From the NCBI GenBank assembly GCA_964019335.1, contig OZ025681.1, positions 186,001-250,000 on the forward strand: a stretch of DNA of 64,000 nt, written 5' to 3'. Within the stretch, counting starts at the first letter, position 1, and each line of letters starts with the position of its first letter. Made by a program: the position numbers and the translations under genes. Under the pieces are notes generated by a model. The model was given only the letters and a program-made list of their open reading frames with translations. It ran no database searches and was not told the origin of the DNA. Positions 21,783 through 32,615 of this stretch are shown in pieces. This DNA is from Diplonema japonicum. Taxonomy: Eukaryota; Protista; Euglenozoa: Diplonemea.

Positions 21783-22316
21783 TTAACAACAGCCCTGGTC
21801 AGATAAAGTAACACAATTATGAATCTCGGAGTAAGGGTCGAACCTGTACAAAGTGCCAGTAGGCGTACTTATCAAGGACCTCGAAGATCCATGAGGTGAC
21901 AGAGATGCTGTCGATTCCGGGGTACAAGAGCCTTCGCTGGGGGTTGAAAGATGTACCTCAACAGACACAGGGGGACTGCGGGTCTTGTTTTTGAGGTGCT
22001 TGCTCAGCCCTCGGATAGCCCCCATAAGCATTTCCTCCCCATGAGCCTGTATCCTTTCATTAAGGTTACGCTTCCTTGGGAACAAGTGAATCAGCTTGCA
22101 CTTGTTCCCACTAGGACACCTCCCCCTCATCCAGAAGTCAATGCAGCGCCACTCCCGAGTCTCTTGCGTCAGCACCTTGACCTTACCCTCGCAGCTTCTA
22201 CACCGAAGGGTCATCTGCCCCTTCACTACTCTAACGTTATCGAAACCGTTGTCAGCACAACTACACCTAAGTTGTTCAGCAGTTCCCACACGCAGGCTGG
22301 AGGCACGACAAGTCAT
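21783..22316 (-). CDS. Zinc-finger protein (zinc ribbon + CCCH), same family as 1125-1826
   Basis: ATG at 22316 after an A-run. Motifs CSCADNGFDNVRVVKGQMTLRCRSC and CIDFWMRGRCPSGNKCKLIH (C-x8-C-x5-C-x3-H); Ser/Pro-rich tail. Confidence 0.8.
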   Translation of the reverse strand: MTCRASSLRVGTAEQLRCSCADNGFDNVRVVKGQMTLRCRSCEGKVKVLTQETREWRCIDFWMRGRCPSGNKCKLIHLFPRKRNLNERIQAHGEEMLMGAIRGLSKHLKNKTRSPPVSVEVHLSTPSEGSCTPESTASLSPHGSSRSLISTPTGTLYRFDPYSEIHNCVTLSDQGCC

Positions 22317-23210
22317 ATCTTTTTTTTTTTTTTTTTTTTTTTTCTTGTGATGGAAATGAAAATTGTGTGTAAGAAAAAAAAAAAAAAAAAAAAAAAAAAA
22401 AGAAGTGATGGGGGAAGGAGGCGGGGAAAAAAAAAAAAAAGAAGAAAAAAAAAAGGCCAGAAAAAAAAAAAAAAAAAAAAAAAAAAATCGGGTGACGAAA
22501 ATGAACGCCTTGTTGTTGTTGGTCTGGTCACTCTTGTATGCAGATGACGGGTAGCGTTTAGTGGAGGTCCTGACAAGGGCAACCAACAAAGTAAGTGACA
22601 ACCCTGCGATGCGTGAGATAAAGACCCGTGTACCTAGGGGGGTCATTATTGTTTTACCCCCCCCCCCCCCCCCCTCGTCGTCAATTAGCCCCTTCCGGTC
22701 TGAAAATGCCTATTTTGTTGTAGAACTTTAGCACTTAGTCCTAGCACAGTTGAGTGACTAACAACGAAGGGGAAGGAGGAAAAAAGGGGAAAAAAAGGTT
22801 GTGGGAAAATGGGGGAGGGGTGGGGAGGGGAATTTCTGTAAAGGTGGAGCGTATCTCTCTCCCCCCCCCCTTTTTTTCTTTTTTTGTTCTTCTATTAAAT
22901 TCGTATCCGAAAGGAGCTTTTTCTTTTTACACCAAAACTGTAACGCAAGGGTAAAAACCCGGAGGAAAAAAGTTTGTTTTGCCCGAAAATACGTTTCCAA
23001 AGTTCCCCTTAGGGGGTTAGAGGGTTTGCTGATTGTTTATATTCTATCTTCCAACAACAACAACAACAACAACAACAAAAAAAAAAGGATTCGATAATTG
23101 ATGTGACACCAAACATTAATAGGGGGGCATTCCTCGTCGGATAACATCCCATGAGGGGGAAGATGAGCATGGCAGGAAAAAAATAAAATAAAATAAAATA
23201 ATAACTATTG

Positions 23211-23985
23211 ATTTATGAAAAATAAAGTGGACTTTATTTCCCGCGGCTGATAATCTGTCCCGAGGGGGTGATTTTCCCTCGCTTCGCTCGTGAAAATCAG
23301 ATCCCGAGGGGCAGATTATCAGCCAAGGGAAAGAGTAAGGTCCACTTTAATTCATGAATACGTAATCTTATTTATTTTCTGGTTCCCGATGACACTCTCA
23401 AATCCCCCCAAAGCCAGGAAGTCCAGGATTTGACATAACATTAAGACAGGGGGTTGCTTGCACTGCTCGTCCACGCCTTCAGCATGGCAGTCAACCTGGG
23501 CCAGTCTTGCAATTTTGTGCTTATGCTTCATGGAATGGTTCAGGCGGCTATAAAGGGACCAGAGGCCCGACGGCTTAGCCCTCCTTTGTACAGGGCATCG
23601 AACTACGTTATCATGTCAGCCTCCCTGGGCTTTCTGATGCGGCTGAACTCGATGAACTCAGGAACCTGGGTGCACCAGCGACGCATGGCCCCTGTTCTTG
23701 TCCACCCAAACAGCTCCCTACTTAGAGGGGGGGCTGCGAGCGATGTTCGTACCGCAGATGCCATCCATGACTGAAAGGCAAACCCCGACAGCCAACAACA
23801 GGATGCAACAGCAGCCCTGGCTGCAAAGCTTTGTTGATTTCCGGCCTCTTTTCTATGACGCCCCATTTTCACAAATATGAGAAAAAAAATAAAGTACTTT
23901 ATTTTCCCCTAGGGAAATAATGAAAACTTTATTTTCCCGGCTCTAGCCAAAAATTCCTTTGGAGGGAATCCAGAAAATAAATAAA
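23211..23985. mobile_element. Non-autonomous element: ~150-bp hairpin, internal inverted repeat and a captured LINE C-terminal fragment
   Basis: Fold-back at 23211-23359 centred on cgcttcgctcg. Inverted repeat ttatttattttctgg(a)ttcc at ~23368 and ~23965. 23700-23850(+) translates to QTAPYL..L.AMF..QMPS...RQT, matching the LINE ORF2 C-terminus. Confidence 0.55.
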
Positions 23986-24644
23986 TAAGTAAGACTATAA
24001 GACTTAAAGGAGGCCGGTGTTGGCGGCGCCCAGCACAAGAACTATCTACTTGATTACAGGGGGCGGCCGAGCTGTAGCTTCTTCTGCGTTCCGCGTCCCT
24101 GGTGTGCAGCTTGCTGCCTGTTCGTCACCCTGAGCATCTGCGTTACGTTCTTCCACTCGGGCGCTACCGGTGATGACCGACGAGGAGGTCAACAGCGAAC
24201 AACACATCTGATGTACTTCTTTATATTTTCATGTTATCCCCACCACCTGGAAAAAAGAAAAGAATAGAAAAAAAAAAGAAGAAAAATGAGTGCCCGCCGC
24301 GCGTTATTACACATCTGGACCCTTATTTTATGTTTTAAAAAGAAGCAAAATGAGAGAAGCAGGTTTTCTTTTTCCTTTTCTTTTCCTTTCCTTTTTTTTT
24401 TTTCTCGATAGACTCAGCGAGAGAGAGAGAGAGCCTGACGATGAGGAGTAAAGGGGAAAGGGGGGAGGGGAGGCCAGGAGCATTTGTCCAACGCTTTGTT
24501 TTTCTTTTTTATTCATATCACCCCCCCTCCCCATTACTTTACCCAAGTTGCATCGGTTTCTTTCTTTTATTCTTCATGAATAAGCCAGTTTTCTTTTTTT
24601 TTTCTTTTCCCTTCAATGCAAAGGAAAAAAGATAAACAAAACAA

Positions 24645-24675
<31 letters not shown>

Positions 24676-24902
24676 GAAAAGATGAAGACACTGAACTCAG
24701 CCAGTCCGCAAGGCCAGCATCACCACTTTTCACAGGTCCCCTTAAGAACCAGCAGCCCAGAAAATAATTTAAAAAATGGAGCGGCAACTTCACTTTTTCG
24801 TTTTTTTTTTTTTTAAATTAAATTTTTAAAACCGATTTTAACACCAAAAACCAATTACTCCAACTTTGGGACTTTTCTAGACCCAACATACTATTGTTGC
24901 CT

Positions 24903-25322
24903 CTAAATTGCAGTTTGCCCGGGAGGGACTGGAGTACCATACTGAGGGGGTGGATAGGCGGGAGTGGCCGTCCCATAAACGGGCTGGGCTGTGTAAACCT
25001 GCACGGTCTGAGCGGGCCGTTTGTAACAGCAGCACCTCCCGGACTTAATGCAGCAGAATATACAGAGGGAGATCCCGACACACGTCAGAATACTGCCCAC
25101 AACTGCAAACGCAATCGTGAAGCTTGTCAGATTGCAGCTATAGAGGGGCACCAAATTGTTACTATTCCTCTCACAGGTACTCCAAGGGCAGATGCACGTG
25201 TACTCCAGATTCCGGTCCGTGTTTGAGTCATGCTCTATGTAGCAGTAGTTGCTCAGAGGGTTTGTCTCATCACACCCGGAGACAGCAAGAACAAACAGCG
25301 ACAACACAGTGATAACCTTCAT
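24903..25322 (-). CDS. Small Cys-rich single-pass membrane protein, array copy 1 (most divergent)
   Basis: Signal peptide, 6-Cys ectodomain (CICPWSTCE), TM, CIFCC cluster, Pro/Tyr tail with PPQY. Confidence 0.88.
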   Translation of the reverse strand: MKVITVLSLFVLAVSGCDETNPLSNYCYIEHDSNTDRNLEYTCICPWSTCERNSNNLVPLYSCNLTSFTIAFAVVGSILTCVGISLCIFCCIKSGRCCCYKRPAQTVQVYTAQPVYGTATPAYPPPQYGTPVPPGQTAI

Positions 25323-26158
25323 TTTCTTTTTTGGATTTTCTTTTCTTCTTTCTGTTCCCCTTGTTTTCCTGTGTTGAAATAGGGGGGGGATAAAAAAAGA
25401 AGAAAAATAAAAAAAGAGGAGGGGAAAAAAAAAAGGAAAAAAAAGGACCCAGTCCCGAAGATAGTGCCCCCCCCCCCCCCCCCCCCCATAACACAGTGGC
25501 CATTTTTGATTCTATTTTTGTATTCTAAGAACCCGTAAATACAAAGGAATAAAAAAAAGAAAAATAAAATAAAAAAAAGAACGAAATACCCGCATTGCGA
25601 TAAAAGAAAAACACATCATTCTTTTTCAGGAGATCTTCACTTCTCCAGTAACGACCCATAAGATTATACCAGCATTTCCCTGTTTTTTTTTCTTTTTTTT
25701 TTTTTTTTGTTTCCCCTTTAAATGATGTTCATCGTTTCCCGTCCCCTGTTCTAGAATCTTAATGCGGTACGTTCAGAAATATATTTGGAAAAAAAAAAAA
25801 AGAAAAAAAATGCTCTTTTTTTATATTTTTTCTTTTCAAACCTCGATTTTTTCAAGGCAGGGAACAGTCCTCGCCCACTGCCTAAGACAGCATAGCTTCG
25901 TAGAAAAAGACCATTAACATCGATAACATAGTACTTCTTCTTCTTCTTCCTCAAGGTGGTTGTACCCTAACTAGGAGGCCACGTTCTTTGGGTTGATATT
26001 GGTCCCAAAAGCCCAAAAGCCCAAGAAATGCATGACAAAAAAAAAAGGGGGCTGTCAAAAAAAAGAGAAAAAAAAATTTAAAAAAAAGCTGATTGAGATG
26101 AGGTTCAGAAAAAAGAAAAAAAAAACGGGTTTTTTTGCGGGGAAAAAAAATGTATCAA

Positions 26159-26191
<33 letters not shown>

Positions 26192-27310
26192 ACGCATCAT
26201 TTGATTTGCTTTGTTTTTGAGAGTCATCTTTCTTTTTTCCTTTGTCTTCTTTAGAACTTCAAAAACATGCAATATGGTTAAATACGATTAGACCTTGTAA
26301 CTCTTTTTCTTTTTTTTCTTCTTTTTCTTTTTTTTTCCGTGCTGAATAAGAGAGGCCTTAAACACTGTTCTTGAAACTATGGCAATTCACTCAGGACAAA
26401 AAAGATGTGTGACTTGATTGCACACACAGTATGTGACACAGAGGCCACCCTTGTGAAGCTCAGCCCGAAGCTTCCCAAGTCCCCTGTGGCCGGTCAGGCA
26501 TAACGTAAAAAGCGGAGAGGTAACGAAAGAGGGGGGAAAGAAACAAAAGATTTTTTTCTTTTTCTTTTTTTTTCTTGGAGACCGCCACCAACACAGTCTG
26601 GAAACTATTTTGCTAATTCATTATTATTGCAGCATGTGAATAACGGAAAAGAGATGGCAAAGTACTTCCTATCATGTTTGCTCAAATTGCAATTGAGGTT
26701 AAAAAAAAAGGGGTATCACAGGTGATAAAGAAAGAAGGTTAAAATATATATAAAAAGAAGAAAAAAAAGATGAAAATGGGTAGCTTCAAAAAATAAAGCA
26801 GTAAGTAGACCGCGGCAACCTAGCGAAAATAATAATGGGAGAATTTCTTCGCGGGGGGGGATACTCGTTTGATATTTGTTTATCGCACGCTGTACTCCAG
26901 CTTAAAGAGCGGACGAGCCCACTGTCAAAGACCCGTTCCCGCAGCAAGCGCACAAAAAGACACAGGTGAAATGGAAGAAAAAAGAAGAAGAAAAAAACAA
27001 ACCTTTTTTTTTCTTTCGGATTCTGTGATATATACTTTTTACTCCCCCCCCACCTTCTTTTTTTTTGCCTTCATTCATCCCTAATAGGAAGGAATAAGAG
27101 GTCCTATAAAAAAAAAAAGACTGCGCAACCCAAACGGTAAAAACTTTGAAAACGCTTCACCGGGACCACATTGGGGGGGGGGGGGGGGAGGAAACCTTTT
27201 TTGGAGCCTTGCACCGGGATAACATATCACCGTCACAGGGTCAACTACTGGATTCTTCCGGAGTTGAAGTAAAAAGATGCGATGTTGTGAATCAAGTAAA
27301 AGTACAATCT

Positions 27311-27802
27311 CTAAGCTGCAGTTTGCGGGGGGGGAACCATAGGGGCACCAATGCACTGAGGGGGAGGGTAAGAAGCAGGAGGATACGCAGCAGGATAAGC
27401 ATTGGGATATGCCTGGGGCTGAGCAGCGCCAGTTACATAAACAGGCTGGGCCACTTGTAACTGGCCAACTGTCTGCACCGGCTGCTGGGAAGGCTTGTTA
27501 CAGCAGCACTTGACACAGCAGAAAATACAGAGGCCGATCCCAACACACGTCAGCACGCTGCCCACAACAATAAAAGCGATCGAGAAACCAGTAATCTTGC
27601 AGTCGTAGAGGGGCGACACAATGTTGCTGTTCCTCTCACAGGTACTCCAAGGGCAGACGCATTCATACTCTAAGTAAATGAAACCATCATCACTGGTGTA
27701 ATCCCTGTAACAGTAATCCCCCTCCGGGTTAGTCCTGTCACACCCGGAGACAGCAAGAACAAACAGCGACAACACAGCGATAACCTGGTTGATAACGTTC
27801 AT
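27311..27802 (-). CDS. Small Cys-rich single-pass membrane protein, copy 2
   Basis: Same architecture; tail with AYP repeats. Confidence 0.88.
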   Translation of the reverse strand: MNVINQVIAVLSLFVLAVSGCDRTNPEGDYCYRDYTSDDGFIYLEYECVCPWSTCERNSNIVSPLYDCKITGFSIAFIVVGSVLTCVGIGLCIFCCVKCCCNKPSQQPVQTVGQLQVAQPVYVTGAAQPQAYPNAYPAAYPPASYPPPQCIGAPMVPPPQTAA

Positions 27803-28053
27803 TTTTCCTTTCTTTTTTTTCTCGAAAACCTAGTGTTACTTATGAAAACAAAATAAAATAGGGGGTACATAAAAATAACACAAAAGAAATACTATTCCTT
27901 TTAAAAGTTAAGAAGTGAGAGACAAGGAGCTAGTTAACGAACGGTGCGGCGGTTACTGCGGTAGAGGGCCCGGAGGCCAGAAATTTAATTTCTTCCTAAG
28001 CTTCAGGTTGCAGAGAGAATAATTGGAATGCAACTGCGCATTCCAGCCCTGAC

Positions 28054-28109
28054 GCACTTGCCGCAGCAGAAAATACAGAGGCCGATCCCAATGCGACGAT
28101 AACCTTCAT
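28054..28109 (-). pseudogene. Internally deleted array-gene relic
   Basis: MKVI start joined almost directly to the IGIGLCIFCC-coding segment, out of frame. Confidence 0.6.
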
Positions 28110-28669
28110 TTTACCCTGTTGTGCTAATGGGGGGAGGGGTGGGTAAAGGGAAACTAAATAAACACCAAGGTGCTGACACACATTCCATTGCCTCTTGCAA
28201 ACCTCCTGCGAATATGTACTAGATGCTTCTGGGAGAAAAAATGATGATGGACTTAGCGTGGCCAGTCCGGAATATATATGAAAAAAATGGGGCGGAATTT
28301 AACAACACAGTGGCCTCTTGAAGAAAACTAAGAAAGATCTCAACGAAGTAAAGAAATATTATCATTCAGCAAAGGGGAGGGGGAGGGGTGCATCTCTGGT
28401 GCCATTTATAAAAAAGAAAAAAGAGGGGAACAAAAAGAATGGTGGCTTGAATGTACTCAGTTGACGTGTTTTTGTGCGCGTGAGTGATATAAAAGTAATT
28501 AAATTACTCCTTAAAAAGTAGTAAAATAAAACTCGTTACACTTGGCCATCAACTGGATCTTTATCCTCGAACAATGAAAAACTGTCAAATTGAGCAAATT
28601 AAAGCAGTAAAGGTGCGAATAACAAATGGGGGGGGGAACAAAATTCTTCTTTTTTTTTTTAATTTTCGT

Positions 28670-28677
28670 CTAATTAC

Positions 28678-28713
<36 letters not shown>

Positions 28714-28880
28714 AATCTTCTGCGGCAATAGTCCGTCGTCTTTCTGATGACTACAAATAACAATTCATCATAAAAAAGAAAGAGTTTTGAAAACCCTCGA
28801 CTTTTTAGCAAAAGAAAAAAATCCTATCCAGAACACTATTCCTTTCTACAGACAAGATTAAAGAGATTTACAGTAACTAG
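28670..28880. repeat. Inverted-repeat-bounded spacer module (ctaattactgtaaa...tttacagtaa(t/c)tag), present in most array spacers
   Basis: Also at ~30490-30873, 35797-36189, 39890-40395, 43202-43452, 57544-57839 and 59138-59303. Confidence 0.6.
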
Positions 28881-29049
28881 CTGGTAAAAAAAGAGTAGGC
28901 TAATTTCATTTGTTGCTTGCGCAAGTTTGGTGGTATTGTCCTACGATGTGCTTTGGATTCTTCTTCGTAAAAAAATTAGAATGGGACGTTCGGAAATTAA
29001 TTTCGTCGGTCAGTCTGAAGTTTTCACGTTTTCTTTTCAACTTCTTCTT

Positions 29050-29553
29050 CTAAACAACACTTTTCACGGGAGGAGCCTGGGTACCATCCTGAGGGGGAGG
29101 ATAGGCACCACCCTGAGGGGCAGGATAGGCACCATCCTGAGGGGGAGGATAGGCACCACCCTGAGGGGGAGGATAGGCACCGCCCTGAGGGGGAGGATAA
29201 GCACCATCCTGAGGGGCGCCGCCCTGAGTGGCGGGATAAGCGTAAACGGGCTCACCAGAATTCGCCTGCTGGGTAGGCTTGTTACAGCAGCACTTGACAC
29301 AGCAGAAAATACAGAGGCCGATCCCAATACACGTCAGCACGCTGCCCACAACAATAAAAGCGATCGAGAAACCAGTCAGCTTGCAGTCGTAAGTGCTGCC
29401 GCTCCTCTCACAGGTACTCCAAGGGCAGATGCACTTGTACTCCGTAAACCCCTCCCTGTAACAGTAGTCATTCTGCGGGCTAGTGTCATCACACCCGGAG
29501 ACAGCAAGAACAAACAGCGACAACACAGCGATAACCTGGTTCATAACGTTCAT
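29050..29553 (-). CDS. Small Cys-rich single-pass membrane protein, copy 3 (tail with 24-bp YPPPQ(G/D)GA repeats)
   Basis: Same architecture; about 5 tandem 24-bp units at ~29090-29215. Confidence 0.9.
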   Translation of the reverse strand: MNVMNQVIAVLSLFVLAVSGCDDTSPQNDYCYREGFTEYKCICPWSTCERSGSTYDCKLTGFSIAFIVVGSVLTCIGIGLCIFCCVKCCCNKPTQQANSGEPVYAYPATQGGAPQDGAYPPPQGGAYPPPQGGAYPPPQDGAYPAPQGGAYPPPQDGTQAPPVKSVV

Positions 29554-30763
29554 TTCCCCCCTCTTTTCTTTTTTTTTTTCTTTCGAAAAACCTTGTGGTG
29601 CTACTTATTACCGGGGAAACAAAAAGAAAAAAACAAAACAAAAAAGGGAGGAATAAAGTGAGGAAGCGAGACCTGGAAAACGCCACCTTGTTGACGCATT
29701 CCACTATTTCCTGCCAACATGTCCTGGATGCGCCTCAGGGAGGGGAAAAAAGAATGGTGATGGACTTAACGTAGCCAGTCCGGAATGTATATGAAAAATG
29801 GGGCGGAATCACTCTAACATCACAGTGGCCTTTTGATTTCTTTTTCTTTTCAAAAAGAAAACTCGAAATTCGATTTCAACAAAGTAAAGAAACATTTATT
29901 TCTTTAGCAAAAAGGGGATAAAAGAAAAAAAGAAAAAAAAGAAAAAAAAAAAAAACTCAATCTATTCTCTGCGGTGCGCTGAGTTGGTTGCCCACTGTGG
30001 GGCCTGTCACCATTCTGGCGATTGCATTCTGGTGCCATTTATAAAAAAAAAAAAAGAAAAAGGAGAAGAAAAAAAAATGAAATGGTAGCTTGAAATTGCA
30101 CATCTCAAGTTGACATGTTTTTGCGCGCACGAGCGTATATTAGAAAGTATAAAATTACTCATTATGCTGCAATCAACTATTCTTTCGTCTCTCGGATAAT
30201 AAAAAGCTACCAACAAGAACGACCTTACCGGAACCTTGAAGTTCCAAATGGTAACCGAGATGGTAAAATGCGGAACCGAGATGCGGTAAAGTCATTCCTT
30301 GGCGATAGGTAAGTGGTTTCATTTCACGACTCTCTGAAATTACTTCACCAACCTCAGCGTGTAGTAATTTCAGAAAAGAGTGAAATATAAATTTGTAAAT
30401 TACCAGCAAGGCGGGAAAAAGGGAAACAATAAAAATGGGAGAAACAATTCATTTTCTTTTTTTTTTTTTTTTTTCGTCTTTCTGTCGTCTAACCACTGTA
30501 ATCTCATTTTCCTTTTTCTGTGTAGGATACTTTTTTAGGATCGAAAGAAGGAGTGAACGCGTCCATAGACGAGACCACGGCTAGTGGCCGGGGCACTCAT
30601 ACGTGGACGACTCGAGTACCAAGGGCTAAGGGTGTTAATATCCAAAAAATCCCGAAAACGATCCTAAAAAAAATTTAAAAATACTTTCCTTATTTTTTTG
30701 CGGCATAGTCCGTCGTCTTCTGCGAAACAAAAAAGAAAGAGTTTTGAAAACCCTCGACTCTTT

Positions 30764-30806
<43 letters not shown>

Positions 30807-31148
30807 CAATATCCTATCCAGAACACTATTCCTTTCTACAGACAAGATTAAAGAAGACTTACAGGGTAATTAGTCGGTAAAAAAGAAAAAAAAAAAAAAA
30901 AAAAAAAAAAAAGAGTTGGCTGAACTCTTTTTTTTCTTGCTTTTGTTGCAGGATTGCAAAAAGGAACAACGCTTGCCCACATGATATGCGTGGGTTTTTC
31001 TTCGTTCTTTTTGTTTCTTGTTCGCTGTTTTCTGATGAAAGGGAGGAATAAAAATAATATAAGAGGGGGGGGGCCATTGCTGGCGCCCTGTTGTCCTGTA
31101 ATTATGTCAATCAGTCTGAGGTTCCCCCATTTTTTTCAACTTCTTCTT

Positions 31149-31601
31149 CTAAACAACACTCTTCACGGGAGGAGCCTGGGTACCATAAGTACCCGGAGGG
31201 GGATAGGCACCGGCTTGTTGAGGGGGATAGGTACCGGCTTGTTGAGGGGGGTGGTAAGCGTAAACGGGCTCACCAGAATTCGCCTGCTGGGTAGGCTTGT
31301 TACAGCAGCACTTGACACAGCAGAAAATACAGAGGCCGATCCCAATACACGTCAGCACGCTGCCCACAACAATAAAAGCGATCGAGAAACCAGTCAGCTT
31401 GCAGTCGTAGAGGGGCGACACAATGTTGCTGTTCCTCTCACAGGTACTCCAAGGGCAGATGCACTTGTACTCAGTATACACCAGTCCTCCCGACGAGAGC
31501 TCCCTGTAACAGTAGTCATTCTGCGGGTTTGTCTCATCACACCCGGAGACAGCAAGAACAAACAGCGACAACACAGCGATAACCTGGTTGATAACGTTCA
31601 T
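31149..31601 (-). CDS. Small Cys-rich single-pass membrane protein, copy 4
   Basis: Same architecture. Confidence 0.9.
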   Translation of the reverse strand: MNVINQVIAVLSLFVLAVSGCDETNPQNDYCYRELSSGGLVYTEYKCICPWSTCERNSNIVSPLYDCKLTGFSIAFIVVGSVLTCIGIGLCIFCCVKCCCNKPTQQANSGEPVYAYHPPQQAGTYPPQQAGAYPPPGTYGTQAPPVKSVV

Positions 31602-32087
31602 TTTCCCCTCTTTTCTTTTATTTTCTTTTCGAAAAACCTTGTGGGTGTGCTACTTATATTACCGGGGAAACAAAAAAAGGGGGGGGGGGTGGATAACATA
31701 ACACGAAGAATAGTAAATTCTTCCCTTAAAAAATGATGTCTTTGAAGGGAACCTGCAGTATGTGACAGGATCGCCTAAAAAAGTTAGGAAGTGAATATGG
31801 AAAAAGCTACTTTGTGAAGTGTTCATGAGTCAGAGAACTTTCATTTCTTCCACGCTTCAGGTCGCACGAGAGGTAACATGTTAGGATTGGCTACTTCGTC
31901 GGGCTGGCCACCTGTCGCAACAGCACCTTCCCAATACACGTCTGCACCTCTAGGTTGCAAGATATGTGTTTAAATAACTCCTTTTCTTTTTTCCTTCTTT
32001 TTTTTGCGGCTTAGTCCGTCGTCTTTTTTTAATGACTACAAAAAAAACAAGCTATTCTTTTTGTTTTTTTTTTTTTTTTCATAATAA

Positions 32088-32615
32088 CCCCTAAACGCCC
32101 GGAGCCTATCTACGGTACCCCCCCCATTTTCGTTGTTGCTTTGAATACTCAAAAAAAGGGCAGCATGCAACCATAGGAAGGTGCAAGGAAAGGGTAAACG
32201 GTACTAAAATTTTCAATTCCAGGTGCCAGATTCAGATGAGAACACTTAACTTTGTGTGTAAGAGGGGGGTTGAGGGGGTACTTTTTATGTCCGATTTTGG
32301 GGGGTCTTGTCGTGGGGGGTCCGTGGAGTTATGGCTGGGCTAAAAAGGGCAGCATTCAGCCCTATTTGGTGCCCTGAACTCTAGGATGGAGGTCAGTCTG
32401 GAGACTTTTTGGGGCTGTGGGATGAAAAAAGCAACTTGTGAGTTTTCTTTCAGCTGGGGTAGCATGCAAGGGTAAAAACACGTTTTGCATAAGGGGGCTT
32501 TGCAACAGGGGCACCACGTTTGCACCTTCTTCCCGCACCCAAGAACAGCACAGAGCACCCTCCTCACCTTCGTTCCGTTCATCATGGACAACACTAGCTC
32601 TTCACTGCCTTTCAT
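32088..32615 (-). mobile_element. piggyBac-like transposon 3' remnant (Cys-rich C-terminal domain and terminus)
   Basis: RRVLCAVLGCGKKVQTWCPCCKAPLCKTCF resembles the piggyBac transposase C-terminal zinc finger. The island begins at ATAA|CCCCTAAACGCCC, resembling a TTAA|CCC end. Confidence 0.55.

Noticed and set aside
22317-22646. N-terminal extension of the 287-aa ORF
   Set aside because: It runs through homopolymer tracts; the A-run-preceded ATG at 22316 fits the other genes.
21580-24673. (GA)n, (CAA)n and (TAA)n microsatellites
   Set aside because: Ordinary simple repeats with no evident function.
29085-29225. 24-bp repeats, and the 17-bp repeats at 37474-37561, as CRISPR-like arrays
   Set aside because: No unique spacers and no cas genes; they are a coding minisatellite and transposon subterminal repeats.
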